Source: Planctomycetota bacterium (GTDB taxonomy: Bacteria > Planctomycetota > Phycisphaerae > SM23-33). Taken from it: DNA of 56,899 nucleotides. The stretch lies in contig JAPLNA010000230.1 of NCBI GenBank assembly GCA_026693065.1, positions 2,726-59,624 of the forward strand, read 5' to 3'. A program made the position numbers and the translations under genes. Shown here in pieces: positions 26,391-35,424 of the stretch. Within the stretch, counting starts at the first letter, position 1, and each line of letters begins with the position of its first letter. The notes beneath the pieces were generated by a model. It was not told the origin of the DNA and ran no database searches. It saw only the letters and a program-made list of their open reading frames with translations.

Positions 26391-29309
26391 CTACCGCCCC
26401 GCGGCCAGCACGTTCAGGGCCTTCTGGGCGCACTGCCGGGCCGGGCCGTCGGGGTCTTCCATCATCGCCTTCAGCGAGTCGCTCAGCGCCGCCAGGGCGT
26501 CCCGGGAACTCACCTGGGCGGCGAGCATTCGCCCGGCGACCTTGCCCGCGGCCCCGGCCGCCAGAGACCGCACGTCGGGCGCGGGAGATTGCATGGCCTG
26601 GGCGAGGAAGTCAGCGGCCTCGGGCCCGGACAACTCGCCGGCGGCCCAGACGGCGCGGGCCTTCACCTGGAGCGGCGCGGGCCCGGCGCACCAGCCCGCC
26701 AGCGCCTCGGTGATCCGCCCCGGCTCGAATGCCCGCAACTGCCCCAGCAGGGGCTCGACCTCCCCTCGCGTGGCCCCCAGCAGCCGCTCAACGAGCCCGG
26801 CGAGCATCGCCTCGGGCGAGGTCGCCGCCGGCGCCGCGGGCGCGGGAGTTTCCGCCACAACCACCGGCTTCGTCGCGGCCGCCGGCTTGGGCTCCGGCGC
26901 CGCCGGCGGTTTGGACGCCGCCGGAACGCCCATCGCCGCCAGGCCCTTCTCCGTCAGCGCCAGCACCGGATACGCCGCCCCGGCGTCGCGGGCGAGCAGG
27001 CCCTTGCCCACCATCGCCCCCACGACGGCCTTCACCTCATCCTGCGTCGCCTCGATCGTGCCGTACACGGCCAGCGAGTCGGCGGCCATCTCCTTCACCC
27101 AGGCCGAGCCCGATCCCGTCAGGATCGCCGCGACCTTCGAAATGCCCACGGGCGCGGACATCTTCGCCACGCACTCCAGGGCCGCCCGCTCGATCGCCGT
27201 AACATCCCCGCGCGGGGCCTTCGCCGGCGCGGCCGCCGGACGCTTGAGAAGCTCGGCGGCGCTCAGGCCCTCGATCGCCCGCCGACCCGCCTCCGTCAGC
27301 ACGACCACCGGGCGGTCGTAGTCGCCCTCGCGCCCGAGCAGGCCCTCGTGCAGCAACTGGCCGATCGCCTTCTTGGCCTCCTCCTGCCGCCCCCGAAACG
27401 CCCCGTAGCAGGGGTTGGTGTCGCAGCCCCATTGGATCAGGTTCTTCTCCTTCGAGCCGGTGAGCACCAGGGCGATCCGCCCGGCCCCCATCGGGAACCG
27501 CAGCTTCTGCACGCACAACAGCGCCAGCAGCCGCTGGCGGTCGTCTCCGCCGGGCGCCCCCACCCCCGCCGGCCGGGCCGCGCGGCAGCAGTCACACGTC
27601 CCGCACAGCAGGTCCGTCTCCTCCCCGAAGTACGTCAGCACGTGCCGGCGCCGGCAGACGCTCTCGCGGATGTAGCCCTCCATCGCGTTGAGTTTTTCGT
27701 ACTCCAGCCCGCGGAGGAACTCCTGCCGCGTCCAGTCGATGTCGATGGCGTCGAAGTCGTCGACGGCCTCGAGAAGTTTCTCCACCCCGCGTCCGCGGAA
27801 GGGCGGCTCGTAGCGGATGTGCCCGGCCTCGTCCAGGGCCGCCAGAGCGCGACGCGCCTGCTCCGGGCTCATGCCCGCCGACCCGGCCAGGTGCACCACG
27901 TCCACCTCAAACCGCCCGGGCTCTTCCAGGTCGAACTCGGCGGCGATGGCCTCGAACACCGCCCGCTGACTGCGCCCGCGGATCCGCGGCAGGATCGCCG
28001 CCCCGGGTTTGTCGATCGTCACCCCCGCCGCCGCGTGCCCCGCCAGCGCCCGCGTAACCCCCGCCTCGTCCAGCAGCCGCACCGCCGCCGCCACGTGCCC
28101 GCTCTTGACGTCCTGGCCGCACTGCTCGGCGATCTGCTCGTACGTCAGCATCACGGGGTTGGCGTCGATGTCCCACAACCCCTCCTGCACCCGCTGCACG
28201 ATCTCCCGCGGCGGGTAGTTCATGTCGATGAAGAATTCCCGCAGCGACCGGTCGCTGGCTGAGTAGAGCAGCACGCACTCGGAAGGTTGCCCGTCGCGCC
28301 CCGCCCGCCCGATCCCCTGGTAATACTGCTCCACCGAGCCGGGGAAGTGGTAATGCACCACGAACCGCACGTCGGCCTTGTCGATGCCCATCCCGAACGC
28401 CAGCGTCGCCACGGCCACCCGCGCCCGCCCGGTCAGGAACGCCTCCTGCGCCGCCGTGCGGTCGGCCTCCTCCAGCCCGGCGTGATAGACCACCGTCGCC
28501 GGCTCGACTTGCCGAATCCGCTCGGCGATTTCGTCGGCCTTCTTCCGCGTGCCGACGTAGATGATCCCCGGGCCTGTCTGCCTCGCCAGCAGGTCCAGCA
28601 GGAAGCGGTCCTTGTCATCCCGCCCGTAGGCGTCCACCACGCTCAGGGCCAGGTTGGGCCTGTCGAAACCGTGCACGTGCACGTCCACTTCGCCGGCGCC
28701 CAGCCCGAGGCACTCGAGAATGTCCGCCCGCACCCGCGGCGTCGCGGTGGCGGTCAACGCCGTCACCGGCGGCGTGCCGATCCGGGCGCGGAATTCCTTC
28801 AGCCGCCGGTAATCCGGCCGAAAGTCGTGCCCCCACGCGCTGATGCAGTGGGCCTCGTCCACCGCCAGACGCGAGACCTTCACCTTCGCAATCGCCGCCG
28901 AGAACGCCGCATTGCGGAACCGTTCCGGGGCCACATACAGCAGGCGAATCTCCCCGGCGGCGCACCGGGCCAGCCGGTCCCGCTGTTCCGGCAGAGGCAG
29001 GCTGGAATTCACGAACGCCGCGGGAACCCCCTTGGCCGTCAGTTCGTCGACCTGGTCCTTCATCAACGCGATCAGCGGCGAGACGACGACGGTCAGCCCG
29101 CCGTCGAGCATCGCGGGCAACTGATACAACAGACTCTTGCCGCTGCCGGTGGGCATGACGGCCAGCACGTTTCGCCCGGCCAGCACGCTGGTGAGGGCCT
29201 CGCCCTGCCCCATGCGAAAATCGGCGTACCCGAAGCTCTGCCTGAGCATCGCCCGGGCAGCGGCCAGCGGATCGCCCGCCGTGATATCTTGTCCCCGCGT
29301 CGGTTCCAT
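26391..29309 (-). CDS. recQ: RecQ-family ATP-dependent DNA helicase with extended C-terminus
   Basis: MPTGSGKS, SPLIALMKDQ, VDEAHCISAWGHDFRPDY, ALTATAT, AFGMGIDK, GRAGRDG; Zn motif CRR..CGTCDCC. Confidence 0.93.
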   Translation of the reverse strand: MEPTRGQDITAGDPLAAARAMLRQSFGYADFRMGQGEALTSVLAGRNVLAVMPTGSGKSLLYQLPAMLDGGLTVVVSPLIALMKDQVDELTAKGVPAAFVNSSLPLPEQRDRLARCAAGEIRLLYVAPERFRNAAFSAAIAKVKVSRLAVDEAHCISAWGHDFRPDYRRLKEFRARIGTPPVTALTATATPRVRADILECLGLGAGEVDVHVHGFDRPNLALSVVDAYGRDDKDRFLLDLLARQTGPGIIYVGTRKKADEIAERIRQVEPATVVYHAGLEEADRTAAQEAFLTGRARVAVATLAFGMGIDKADVRFVVHYHFPGSVEQYYQGIGRAGRDGQPSECVLLYSASDRSLREFFIDMNYPPREIVQRVQEGLWDIDANPVMLTYEQIAEQCGQDVKSGHVAAAVRLLDEAGVTRALAGHAAAGVTIDKPGAAILPRIRGRSQRAVFEAIAAEFDLEEPGRFEVDVVHLAGSAGMSPEQARRALAALDEAGHIRYEPPFRGRGVEKLLEAVDDFDAIDIDWTRQEFLRGLEYEKLNAMEGYIRESVCRRRHVLTYFGEETDLLCGTCDCCRAARPAGVGAPGGDDRQRLLALLCVQKLRFPMGAGRIALVLTGSKEKNLIQWGCDTNPCYGAFRGRQEEAKKAIGQLLHEGLLGREGDYDRPVVVLTEAGRRAIEGLSAAELLKRPAAAPAKAPRGDVTAIERAALECVAKMSAPVGISKVAAILTGSGSAWVKEMAADSLAVYGTIEATQDEVKAVVGAMVGKGLLARDAGAAYPVLALTEKGLAAMGVPAASKPPAAPEPKPAAATKPVVVAETPAPAAPAATSPEAMLAGLVERLLGATRGEVEPLLGQLRAFEPGRITEALAGWCAGPAPLQVKARAVWAAGELSGPEAADFLAQAMQSPAPDVRSLAAGAAGKVAGRMLAAQVSSRDALAALSDSLKAMMEDPDGPARQCAQKALNVLAAGR

Positions 29310-29392
29310 ACCCTTTCCAGCCTACGGTCCCCGCCGGCGGAAAACAACCTCCGCGGCGCCCGTTTTTGAGCCCAATCGCGTGGCAGCCCTTC

Positions 29393-29842
29393 TCAGGGCG
29401 CTGCTTTTCGCGCCGGTCCGTCCGACCAGCCGATCGCCCACGTGATTAGCGCCACCACCATGCTGACGGCGCACCCCCCGCCGGCGAGGAAGAACCAACC
29501 GAACGCGCCGCCATCGTCGCCGCCGGGCCAGGATATCATCGCCACCAACCACGGGATCCCCAGCAGTCCGATCAGCAGCGAACTGATCCAGAGGCAGGCG
29601 CCGGCGTGCCTGTGCGTCGCCAGACCGGCCAAGGCCATCGCCGCCGCCACGCCCGCCTGGCAGATGACCCATAGCGTCTGTGGATAGAATCGCAGTGCGT
29701 TGCCCGTCGCCAGGTGGTGGGTCAGCCACACCATCGCAGCCCCGGTGGCCATGTTGACCAGCAACATCGCCTGCCTCTTCGGGCTGCCCTTCCACTCGCT
29801 ACCGTTTTCTCGCACCGGTTCCATAGACATGTATACCGCCAA
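29393..29842 (-). CDS. Hypothetical membrane protein (about 4 TM)
   Basis: Hydrophobic ORF with WPGGDDGG loop; start uncertain. Confidence 0.55.
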   Translation of the reverse strand: MAVYMSMEPVRENGSEWKGSPKRQAMLLVNMATGAAMVWLTHHLATGNALRFYPQTLWVICQAGVAAAMALAGLATHRHAGACLWISSLLIGLLGIPWLVAMISWPGGDDGGAFGWFFLAGGGCAVSMVVALITWAIGWSDGPARKAAP

Positions 29843-30078
29843 TACCGGGCCTTCTTGCGGCGGGTAGTGACGACCCGCGATAGCAGAGGGCCCTTGATCT
29901 TGATAGAGGCCCGGAACCCAGTCAGATCGGGCAGGGACTTTCCTTGGGCGAGCGGCATTGGGGCGACCCGGACCACCGGACGGCCTTGCCGGGTAATGAT
30001 GGTCGGTTCGCCTCGCTCGGCGGCGGCTACGATGTTGCTCAGCAGGCGACGGGCCTCACACACGTCCACACGGTTCAT
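29722..30078 (-). CDS. Phd/YefM-family antitoxin; natural stop apparently lost near 29842
   Basis: VCEARRLLSNIVAAAERGEPTIITRQGRPVVRVAP is the Phd/YefM signature. Confidence 0.8.
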   Translation of the reverse strand: MNRVDVCEARRLLSNIVAAAERGEPTIITRQGRPVVRVAPMPLAQGKSLPDLTGFRASIKIKGPLLSRVVTTRRKKARYWRYTCLWNRCEKTVASGRAARRGRRCCWSTWPPGLRWCG

Positions 30079-30171
30079 GGTAACGCTCCGGAATCTGCAC
30101 GTTCATTCTACACAACGGCGTGCCACCCGCCAAGACTTGGAACGGCAATCCGGAGAGGACAGGCGACAGCA

Positions 30172-32643
30172 TCACTTGCCGATCTGGATGCTCTGGATCA
30201 GGTCGATGGCTTCTTTGCGGAGGGCGGCGGTCGTGCCCGCCAACCAGCCGGTGTCGTCGACCGAGCCGGCGGTCTGGGAGACCTTCGCGCCGCTGACGGT
30301 GGTCAGGTAGCCCACCTGCAATCGTACGGCCCCGTGATCGAGCACGGCGAAGCCGGCCTGGTTGGTGCCGCTGAACTGCCATCCGTTCGGGCCCGGGAGT
30401 TTGGAGGTGCGCAGCTCGGCGAGCGTGCCCTTCCAGCCGCTCAGGTCCAGCGGGGACGACTGCGGCATCAACTGCCCGTAGTTGTAAACGTAGCGGAACT
30501 GGCCCTTGCAGAGGTCCTCAGGGGTCTCCGGGCGGGAGGCGTCGGGGAAGTAGCGGAATTGCGCCCAGACTTTGCCCTCGGCGCCGGCGGCCCCGACGGT
30601 GTGGGCGAAGGACTGCGCCGCGAAATCATTGCCCGCGGGCGGGCGCCGGCCCTCCACCGTCTTGACGAACGTCAACCCCGTCTCGCCGGCCGTCAGCTTC
30701 CAGCCGGCCCCCGGAGTGAAGCCCTTCACGAACAGCGGGCAGACCTTCAGCGTGATGGGTCGGTTGATCCGCTCGACGATCTTGCCGCCCGCATCGAGCG
30801 CGATCGCTCCGATCACGGGCGTCCGTTCGGAGGCCCCGGGGCGGTACTTGTGCATGAAACTGGTGTTCGTGACGCCCTGGTAGGTCATGGGCTCGCCCGG
30901 GGCGGCGAAGTCGGCCTGGGCGGGCGTGGGCTTCAGGCGGATGGGAAACATCATGGCCATTCGCTTTTCGTCGAACTTGGGCACGGCCTCCATCGAGGTC
31001 AGCCATTTCACCTTCGCCACGCGTCCGGCCAGACCCGCGGGAATCCGCAGCGAGTACTGCACGATCTCGCCCTCGGTCACGACGGCCGGGCCGGCGATTT
31101 CCAGCGCCGACGCCGGCGAGGCCGGGACGGCGGGGGTTACGTCGATGGCGTTGGATTTGACCAGCACCCCGCCCAGGTCGACGGCGACGGCGAACGCCGA
31201 CGGGCCGACGTTCGGGCCCTTGGGGAACAGGTCCGGGGGGAGTTGGGCCTGGAACGCCCCGTCGGCCGCAACGTCCACATCGACGCTCGTGGCGCCCAGG
31301 CGGCCGTTCGCCAGGAAGGCCATGTGCACCCGCTTGATCGCGGGAAGGTTCTTGAGGGCCTTGATCGTGCCTGACGCCAGGCCGCCCGAGACGTCCACGC
31401 CCTCCAGCGTGACGATCATCTCCGGCATGACCATCTCGATGAGCCTGGCCTCAGCGGCGACAGTGAGAGGGACGAGCCGACGGGCCTGGCTGTCGGCGCA
31501 GGCCGACGTCACTTGCAGCCCGGTGTACCGCATGACGGGGTGGCCGTCCTTGTCTTCGACGGGCACGCCGATCCACTGCACCGGCTGGTCGACGTTGGGG
31601 GCGGGCCCGGGCTTGAGCCGGCCCACCTGCTTGGGCCGCGTCACCTGAGACCAGCACTCCCCCGCCAGCAGCACCTGGCCCATGTAGTCTTGGCGCACGA
31701 GGTATCCGCCCTGGTAGTCCTCGACGGCGGCCTTGGGCGAGGGGTACGCGGCGCACCCGTTGCGATTGCGGATCGCGATACCATCGGGGCTCACGCCGCT
31801 CATCGTGTCCTGCGAGATGAAGTTCTCGTTCGTGTACCTCGCGAGGATGTCAAAAAGCTCCTCGGGGGTGGTGGCCATTCCGATGGCCGCCAGGGTGACC
31901 GGGTCGACCAGGTTGTTGGCGTACTTGTGCACCGTGTCGTCGAGCACAAAGTTCTCGTACGGGTCGCTGCGCCACTTGGCGAACACGTCCGACCAGCCCC
32001 CCGGCGTGCCGGGATGCGCGTCGTTGCGAACGTGGGCGGGCACGGTCATGTCGGCCAGCAGGTGAAGCGTCTCGCCCAGACACCGCCACGCGTCGGCTCC
32101 CCGCGTCCGCTGGGCGGTGGTCGAAAGCAGGCTCTTCATCGACACGTCGAACTGACGCAGGGAATATCGGGACTCCTTCTCCGGCCCGCCCGTGCCCAGC
32201 GCCCACTGCTTGGCCGTGATCAGCGGGTTGAACTCCTGCAACTTCGCCGTCGTGGCCCACTCGTCGGCCAGGTCGCTGATCCACGCCGACTGGTTGTTCA
32301 TCGCCAGCGGATCGTAGAAATGCCGATATGCCATCTCCACGCCGGAGTAGTTGATGTCCGCGGTGAACCCGCCCTGGACGACCCACCCGAACGCCGTCTG
32401 CGCCCCGACGTCCTCGGGCAGAAGCGTCGTGTTGGTCGTCATGTACCGGAACGCCTTGCCCCCGGCGTCAGGGTAGAACTCATACATCCGAAAGGCGGCG
32501 AGGTTGTCGTCGGCCTTCGCCTTGGCGATGAACCGTTCCATCGCGACCGTGTTGAACGCCCGGTGGGCCTTCATGTTGTCGTACGCCGCCGCCTCGCTCG
32601 CCGAAACCAGCACGGCCACGAGCAGAAAGGTGGTGCGTTTCAT
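30172..32643 (-). CDS. Secreted protein with Zn-dependent phospholipase C/P1-nuclease-like N-terminal domain
   Basis: Signal peptide; mature N-terminus YDNMKAH; HFYDP; LGETLHLLADMTVPAH; DPYE; long beta-rich C-terminal region. Confidence 0.65.
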   Translation of the reverse strand: MKRTTFLLVAVLVSASEAAAYDNMKAHRAFNTVAMERFIAKAKADDNLAAFRMYEFYPDAGGKAFRYMTTNTTLLPEDVGAQTAFGWVVQGGFTADINYSGVEMAYRHFYDPLAMNNQSAWISDLADEWATTAKLQEFNPLITAKQWALGTGGPEKESRYSLRQFDVSMKSLLSTTAQRTRGADAWRCLGETLHLLADMTVPAHVRNDAHPGTPGGWSDVFAKWRSDPYENFVLDDTVHKYANNLVDPVTLAAIGMATTPEELFDILARYTNENFISQDTMSGVSPDGIAIRNRNGCAAYPSPKAAVEDYQGGYLVRQDYMGQVLLAGECWSQVTRPKQVGRLKPGPAPNVDQPVQWIGVPVEDKDGHPVMRYTGLQVTSACADSQARRLVPLTVAAEARLIEMVMPEMIVTLEGVDVSGGLASGTIKALKNLPAIKRVHMAFLANGRLGATSVDVDVAADGAFQAQLPPDLFPKGPNVGPSAFAVAVDLGGVLVKSNAIDVTPAVPASPASALEIAGPAVVTEGEIVQYSLRIPAGLAGRVAKVKWLTSMEAVPKFDEKRMAMMFPIRLKPTPAQADFAAPGEPMTYQGVTNTSFMHKYRPGASERTPVIGAIALDAGGKIVERINRPITLKVCPLFVKGFTPGAGWKLTAGETGLTFVKTVEGRRPPAGNDFAAQSFAHTVGAAGAEGKVWAQFRYFPDASRPETPEDLCKGQFRYVYNYGQLMPQSSPLDLSGWKGTLAELRTSKLPGPNGWQFSGTNQAGFAVLDHGAVRLQVGYLTTVSGAKVSQTAGSVDDTGWLAGTTAALRKEAIDLIQSIQIGK

Positions 32644-32672
32644 CGCGGATGTCCTCGTCATGTTCGTCGCCC

Positions 32673-33059
32673 TCACAGCCCCATCAGCCGCCACTGTCCG
32701 TCCACCAGCTCGAACGTAAGGGCGAACGTCTTGCCGTCTTCGGTGACCTCATACTCGGCCAGCCGCCCGCGTTCCATCCGCAGTTTCCGCGTGGCCAGCA
32801 GCTTGCCCACGCGAGGCATGGCGTCCTTGTTGGCCTGGAAGTTCCGCCGGTACTGCTCTTCCAGCCGCGGGTCCATCAGCTTGGCCGCCGCGTCGGCGTC
32901 GCACGCGGCGAAGGCTTTTTCCAGCGAAGCCGCCGCCGGGTCGGACCGGGCCGGGGTGGGTTGCGTCGCACTCGGCGAAGGCGAGTCCTTCTTGTCCGGG
33001 CAACCGCCCATCGCCCCGATCATCGCCGCCGTCAGCAGGCACAGCAGTAGCGTTCTCAT
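32673..33059 (-). CDS. Small hypothetical lipoprotein
   Basis: AGGAG RBS; lipobox-like MGGC; C-terminus FELVDGQWRL resembles an NTF2-like/DUF4878 fold. Confidence 0.7.
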   Translation of the reverse strand: MRTLLLCLLTAAMIGAMGGCPDKKDSPSPSATQPTPARSDPAAASLEKAFAACDADAAAKLMDPRLEEQYRRNFQANKDAMPRVGKLLATRKLRMERGRLAEYEVTEDGKTFALTFELVDGQWRLMGL

Positions 33060-33218
33060 CCGTCGTCTCCTGGACATGGCAGTCCACTTCGGCCGCCGGG
33101 CCGGCGCCATTAATGTCGGCCAATTCCCGGGCCTCGCTTAGTTGCCCCACCCCGATTCTCGGAACGTTCGCGGCAGCCTATTGTGGCCGGCGCGGGCATC
33201 GATTGAAATACATGCACG

Positions 33219-34157
33219 ATGTTACCGACACCGGAGATTCTTCGAGGCAATCGGATCGGCGCGGCCGTGCTGGCGGCGCTGCTGGGCGGGCTTTGTCCGG
33301 GCGCGGCCCTTCTCCTCGAGGCCGACGGAGAGGTGTTGGCGGCCTTGGGGGCCCTGGGCGCGGGCCTGGGCGCGGGAGTGTATTGGCTGGTCACCCGACG
33401 CTGGCGGCGACGCGCCCACGTGCTCCGACGCCCCTTCCCCCCGCGGTGGCGGAAGATCCTCGAAGAGCAGGTCGCCTACTACGCCGCCCTCCGGGCCGAC
33501 CTCCAGCAGCGATTCCGCGACATGGTCCTGGTCTTCCTGGCCGAGACGCCCATCCAGCCGGTCCACTGCGAGCTCGACGACGTCACTCGCGTCCTGATCG
33601 CCGCCTCGGCCGTCATCCCCGTGCTGAATCTGCCCGGGTGGGAGTACGGCGTGCTCCGCGAGATTCTGGTGTATCCCGACTACTTTGACTCGGCCGTCGG
33701 GCTCGAGGACGAGGGGTACGTCGACGAGGAAGGTTCGATGGGGATGGTGGGCGAGACGGGCACGGCCTTCAACGGGCTGATGATGCTCTCGGGGCCTGAC
33801 GTGGTGTACGGTTTCGGTCCGCAGGACCCGCGGGACGAGGTCGAGAACGTGGGCATCCACGAGTTCGCCCACCTGATCGACAAGGCCGACGGGTTCATCA
33901 GCGGCCTGCCGCCCGGGCTGACGCATGGCTCGCGGGCGAGGTGGATCGCCGAGGTGCGCAAGGAGCTCCGCCGGCCCAAGCGCCGCTCGGGCATTCCCGA
34001 GTACGCCTACACCGACGAGGAGGAGTTCTTCGCCGTCATGGTCGAGTGTTTCTTCACCCGCCCGGCGAAACTGGCCGCCCGCCACCCGGAGCTGTACACT
34101 CTCCTGACCCAGGCCCTGCGTCAGGACCCAAGGCAGGTGATGGGCGGGAAGCGGTGA
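33219..34157 (+). CDS. Zn-dependent peptidase, MtfA/M90-like
   Basis: EILVYPDYF, NVGIHEFAHLID, YAYTDEEEFFAV..ECFF..P; N-terminal TM segments. Confidence 0.85.
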   Translation: MLPTPEILRGNRIGAAVLAALLGGLCPGAALLLEADGEVLAALGALGAGLGAGVYWLVTRRWRRRAHVLRRPFPPRWRKILEEQVAYYAALRADLQQRFRDMVLVFLAETPIQPVHCELDDVTRVLIAASAVIPVLNLPGWEYGVLREILVYPDYFDSAVGLEDEGYVDEEGSMGMVGETGTAFNGLMMLSGPDVVYGFGPQDPRDEVENVGIHEFAHLIDKADGFISGLPPGLTHGSRARWIAEVRKELRRPKRRSGIPEYAYTDEEEFFAVMVECFFTRPAKLAARHPELYTLLTQALRQDPRQVMGGKR

Positions 34158-34173
34158 AGAGAACGGGACAAAG

Positions 34174-34327
34174 GTCCACGGATTACGCGGATTGCACGGA
34201 TTGAGAAGAAGAAACAAGCGGACGAGCCGTCCATGAATGGCACGAACGTCACGCATGGGAAACGAGAAATGGAGAACCGCTTCTGCTTTCCCTCTTTTCA
34301 ATCCGTGGAATCCGAGTAATCTGTGGA
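34174..34327. repeat. Inverted arms of 9-nt-periodic CACGGATT repeats around a short spacer
   Basis: Left TCCACGGATTACGCGGATTGCACGGATTGAGAAGA versus the reverse complement of the right arm ending at 34327: 4 mismatches in 35 nt. Confidence 0.85.
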
Positions 34328-34370
34328 TGATGCGTTTCCCCCGCCATCCCGGCGGCATACGAGGTAATCG

Positions 34371-35279
34371 ATGAGCGTACTGACCGTGATTGGCAACACG
34401 CCGCTGGTGGAGCTGACGAGGATCAACCCGAACCCCCGCGTCCGGGTGCTGGCCAAACTCGAGGGCGACAACCCCGGCGGCTCCGTGAAGGATCGCCCGG
34501 CCCTGTACATGATCCGCCAGGCCGAGCGCGCCGGAACGCTCACCCGGGACAAGATCATCCTCGAGCCCACCTCGGGCAACACGGGAATCGCCCTGGCGAT
34601 GATCGCCGCCGCGGGCGGATATCGCATCACGCTGACCTTGCCCGAGTGCGTCAGCGTCGAGCGCCGCCAGGTGTTGCAGGCCTACGGCGCGCGGGTCGTC
34701 CTCACCCCGGCCCGGGAGAGCACCGACGGGGCCATCCGGATGGCCCAGCGAATGCTCGCGGAAAGGCCCGAGATGTACTTCATGCCCGACCAGTTCACCA
34801 ACCCCGCCAACGTGCAGGCGCACTACGAGACCACCGGCCCGGAGATCTGGCAGCAGAGCGGCGGCGAGGTGGACGTCTTCGTCACCGGGATGGGAACGAC
34901 CGGCACGCTCATGGGCGTCTCGCGGTATCTCAAGGAACGTAAGCCCGCCGTGAAGGTCTTCGGCGTCGAGCCCGTCGCCGGCCACACCATCCAGGGCCTC
35001 AAGAACATGACCGAGTCCATCGTGCCCGGGATCTACGACCGATCGCGGCTGGACGGCGTGCTGGCGATGGCGGACGAGCCGGCCTTCGAGATCACGCGGC
35101 GGCTGGCGGTCGAGGAGGGCATCTTCGCCGGGCTCTCCTCCGGCGCCGCCGTCGCCGGCGCCCTGCAACTGGCCGCCGACATGACCAGCGGCACCGTCGT
35201 CACGCTCATCCCCGACCGCGGCGACCGCTACCTCTCCACCGCCCTCTTCCGATCCATCTGCGCCAAGTGCCCGCCGTGA
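34371..35279 (+). CDS. cysM: Cysteine synthase (CysM-like, PLP-dependent)
   Basis: IGNTPLV, KLEGDNPGGSVKDR, EPTSGNTGIALA, GMGTTGT, DRGDRYLST. Confidence 0.9.
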   Translation: MSVLTVIGNTPLVELTRINPNPRVRVLAKLEGDNPGGSVKDRPALYMIRQAERAGTLTRDKIILEPTSGNTGIALAMIAAAGGYRITLTLPECVSVERRQVLQAYGARVVLTPARESTDGAIRMAQRMLAERPEMYFMPDQFTNPANVQAHYETTGPEIWQQSGGEVDVFVTGMGTTGTLMGVSRYLKERKPAVKVFGVEPVAGHTIQGLKNMTESIVPGIYDRSRLDGVLAMADEPAFEITRRLAVEEGIFAGLSSGAAVAGALQLAADMTSGTVVTLIPDRGDRYLSTALFRSICAKCPP

Positions 35280-35336
35280 ACCGGCAGAGAAACGGGCTGT
35301 GCGTGCGTTCGTTTCTTCTGCCCGTTCTCGTTTCGT

Positions 35337-35363
35337 TCCGTGCAATCCGTGTAATCCGTGGAC
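35337..35363 (-). repeat. Lone right arm of the CACGGATT family
   Basis: Reverse complement matches 34174-34200 at 26/27 positions. Confidence 0.85.
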
Positions 35364-35424
35364 AGAACTTCTTCGCCATCCGCGCGGCGTGGCCGTCGAG
35401 CTTGGCGTATAATGCCGCTCTACC

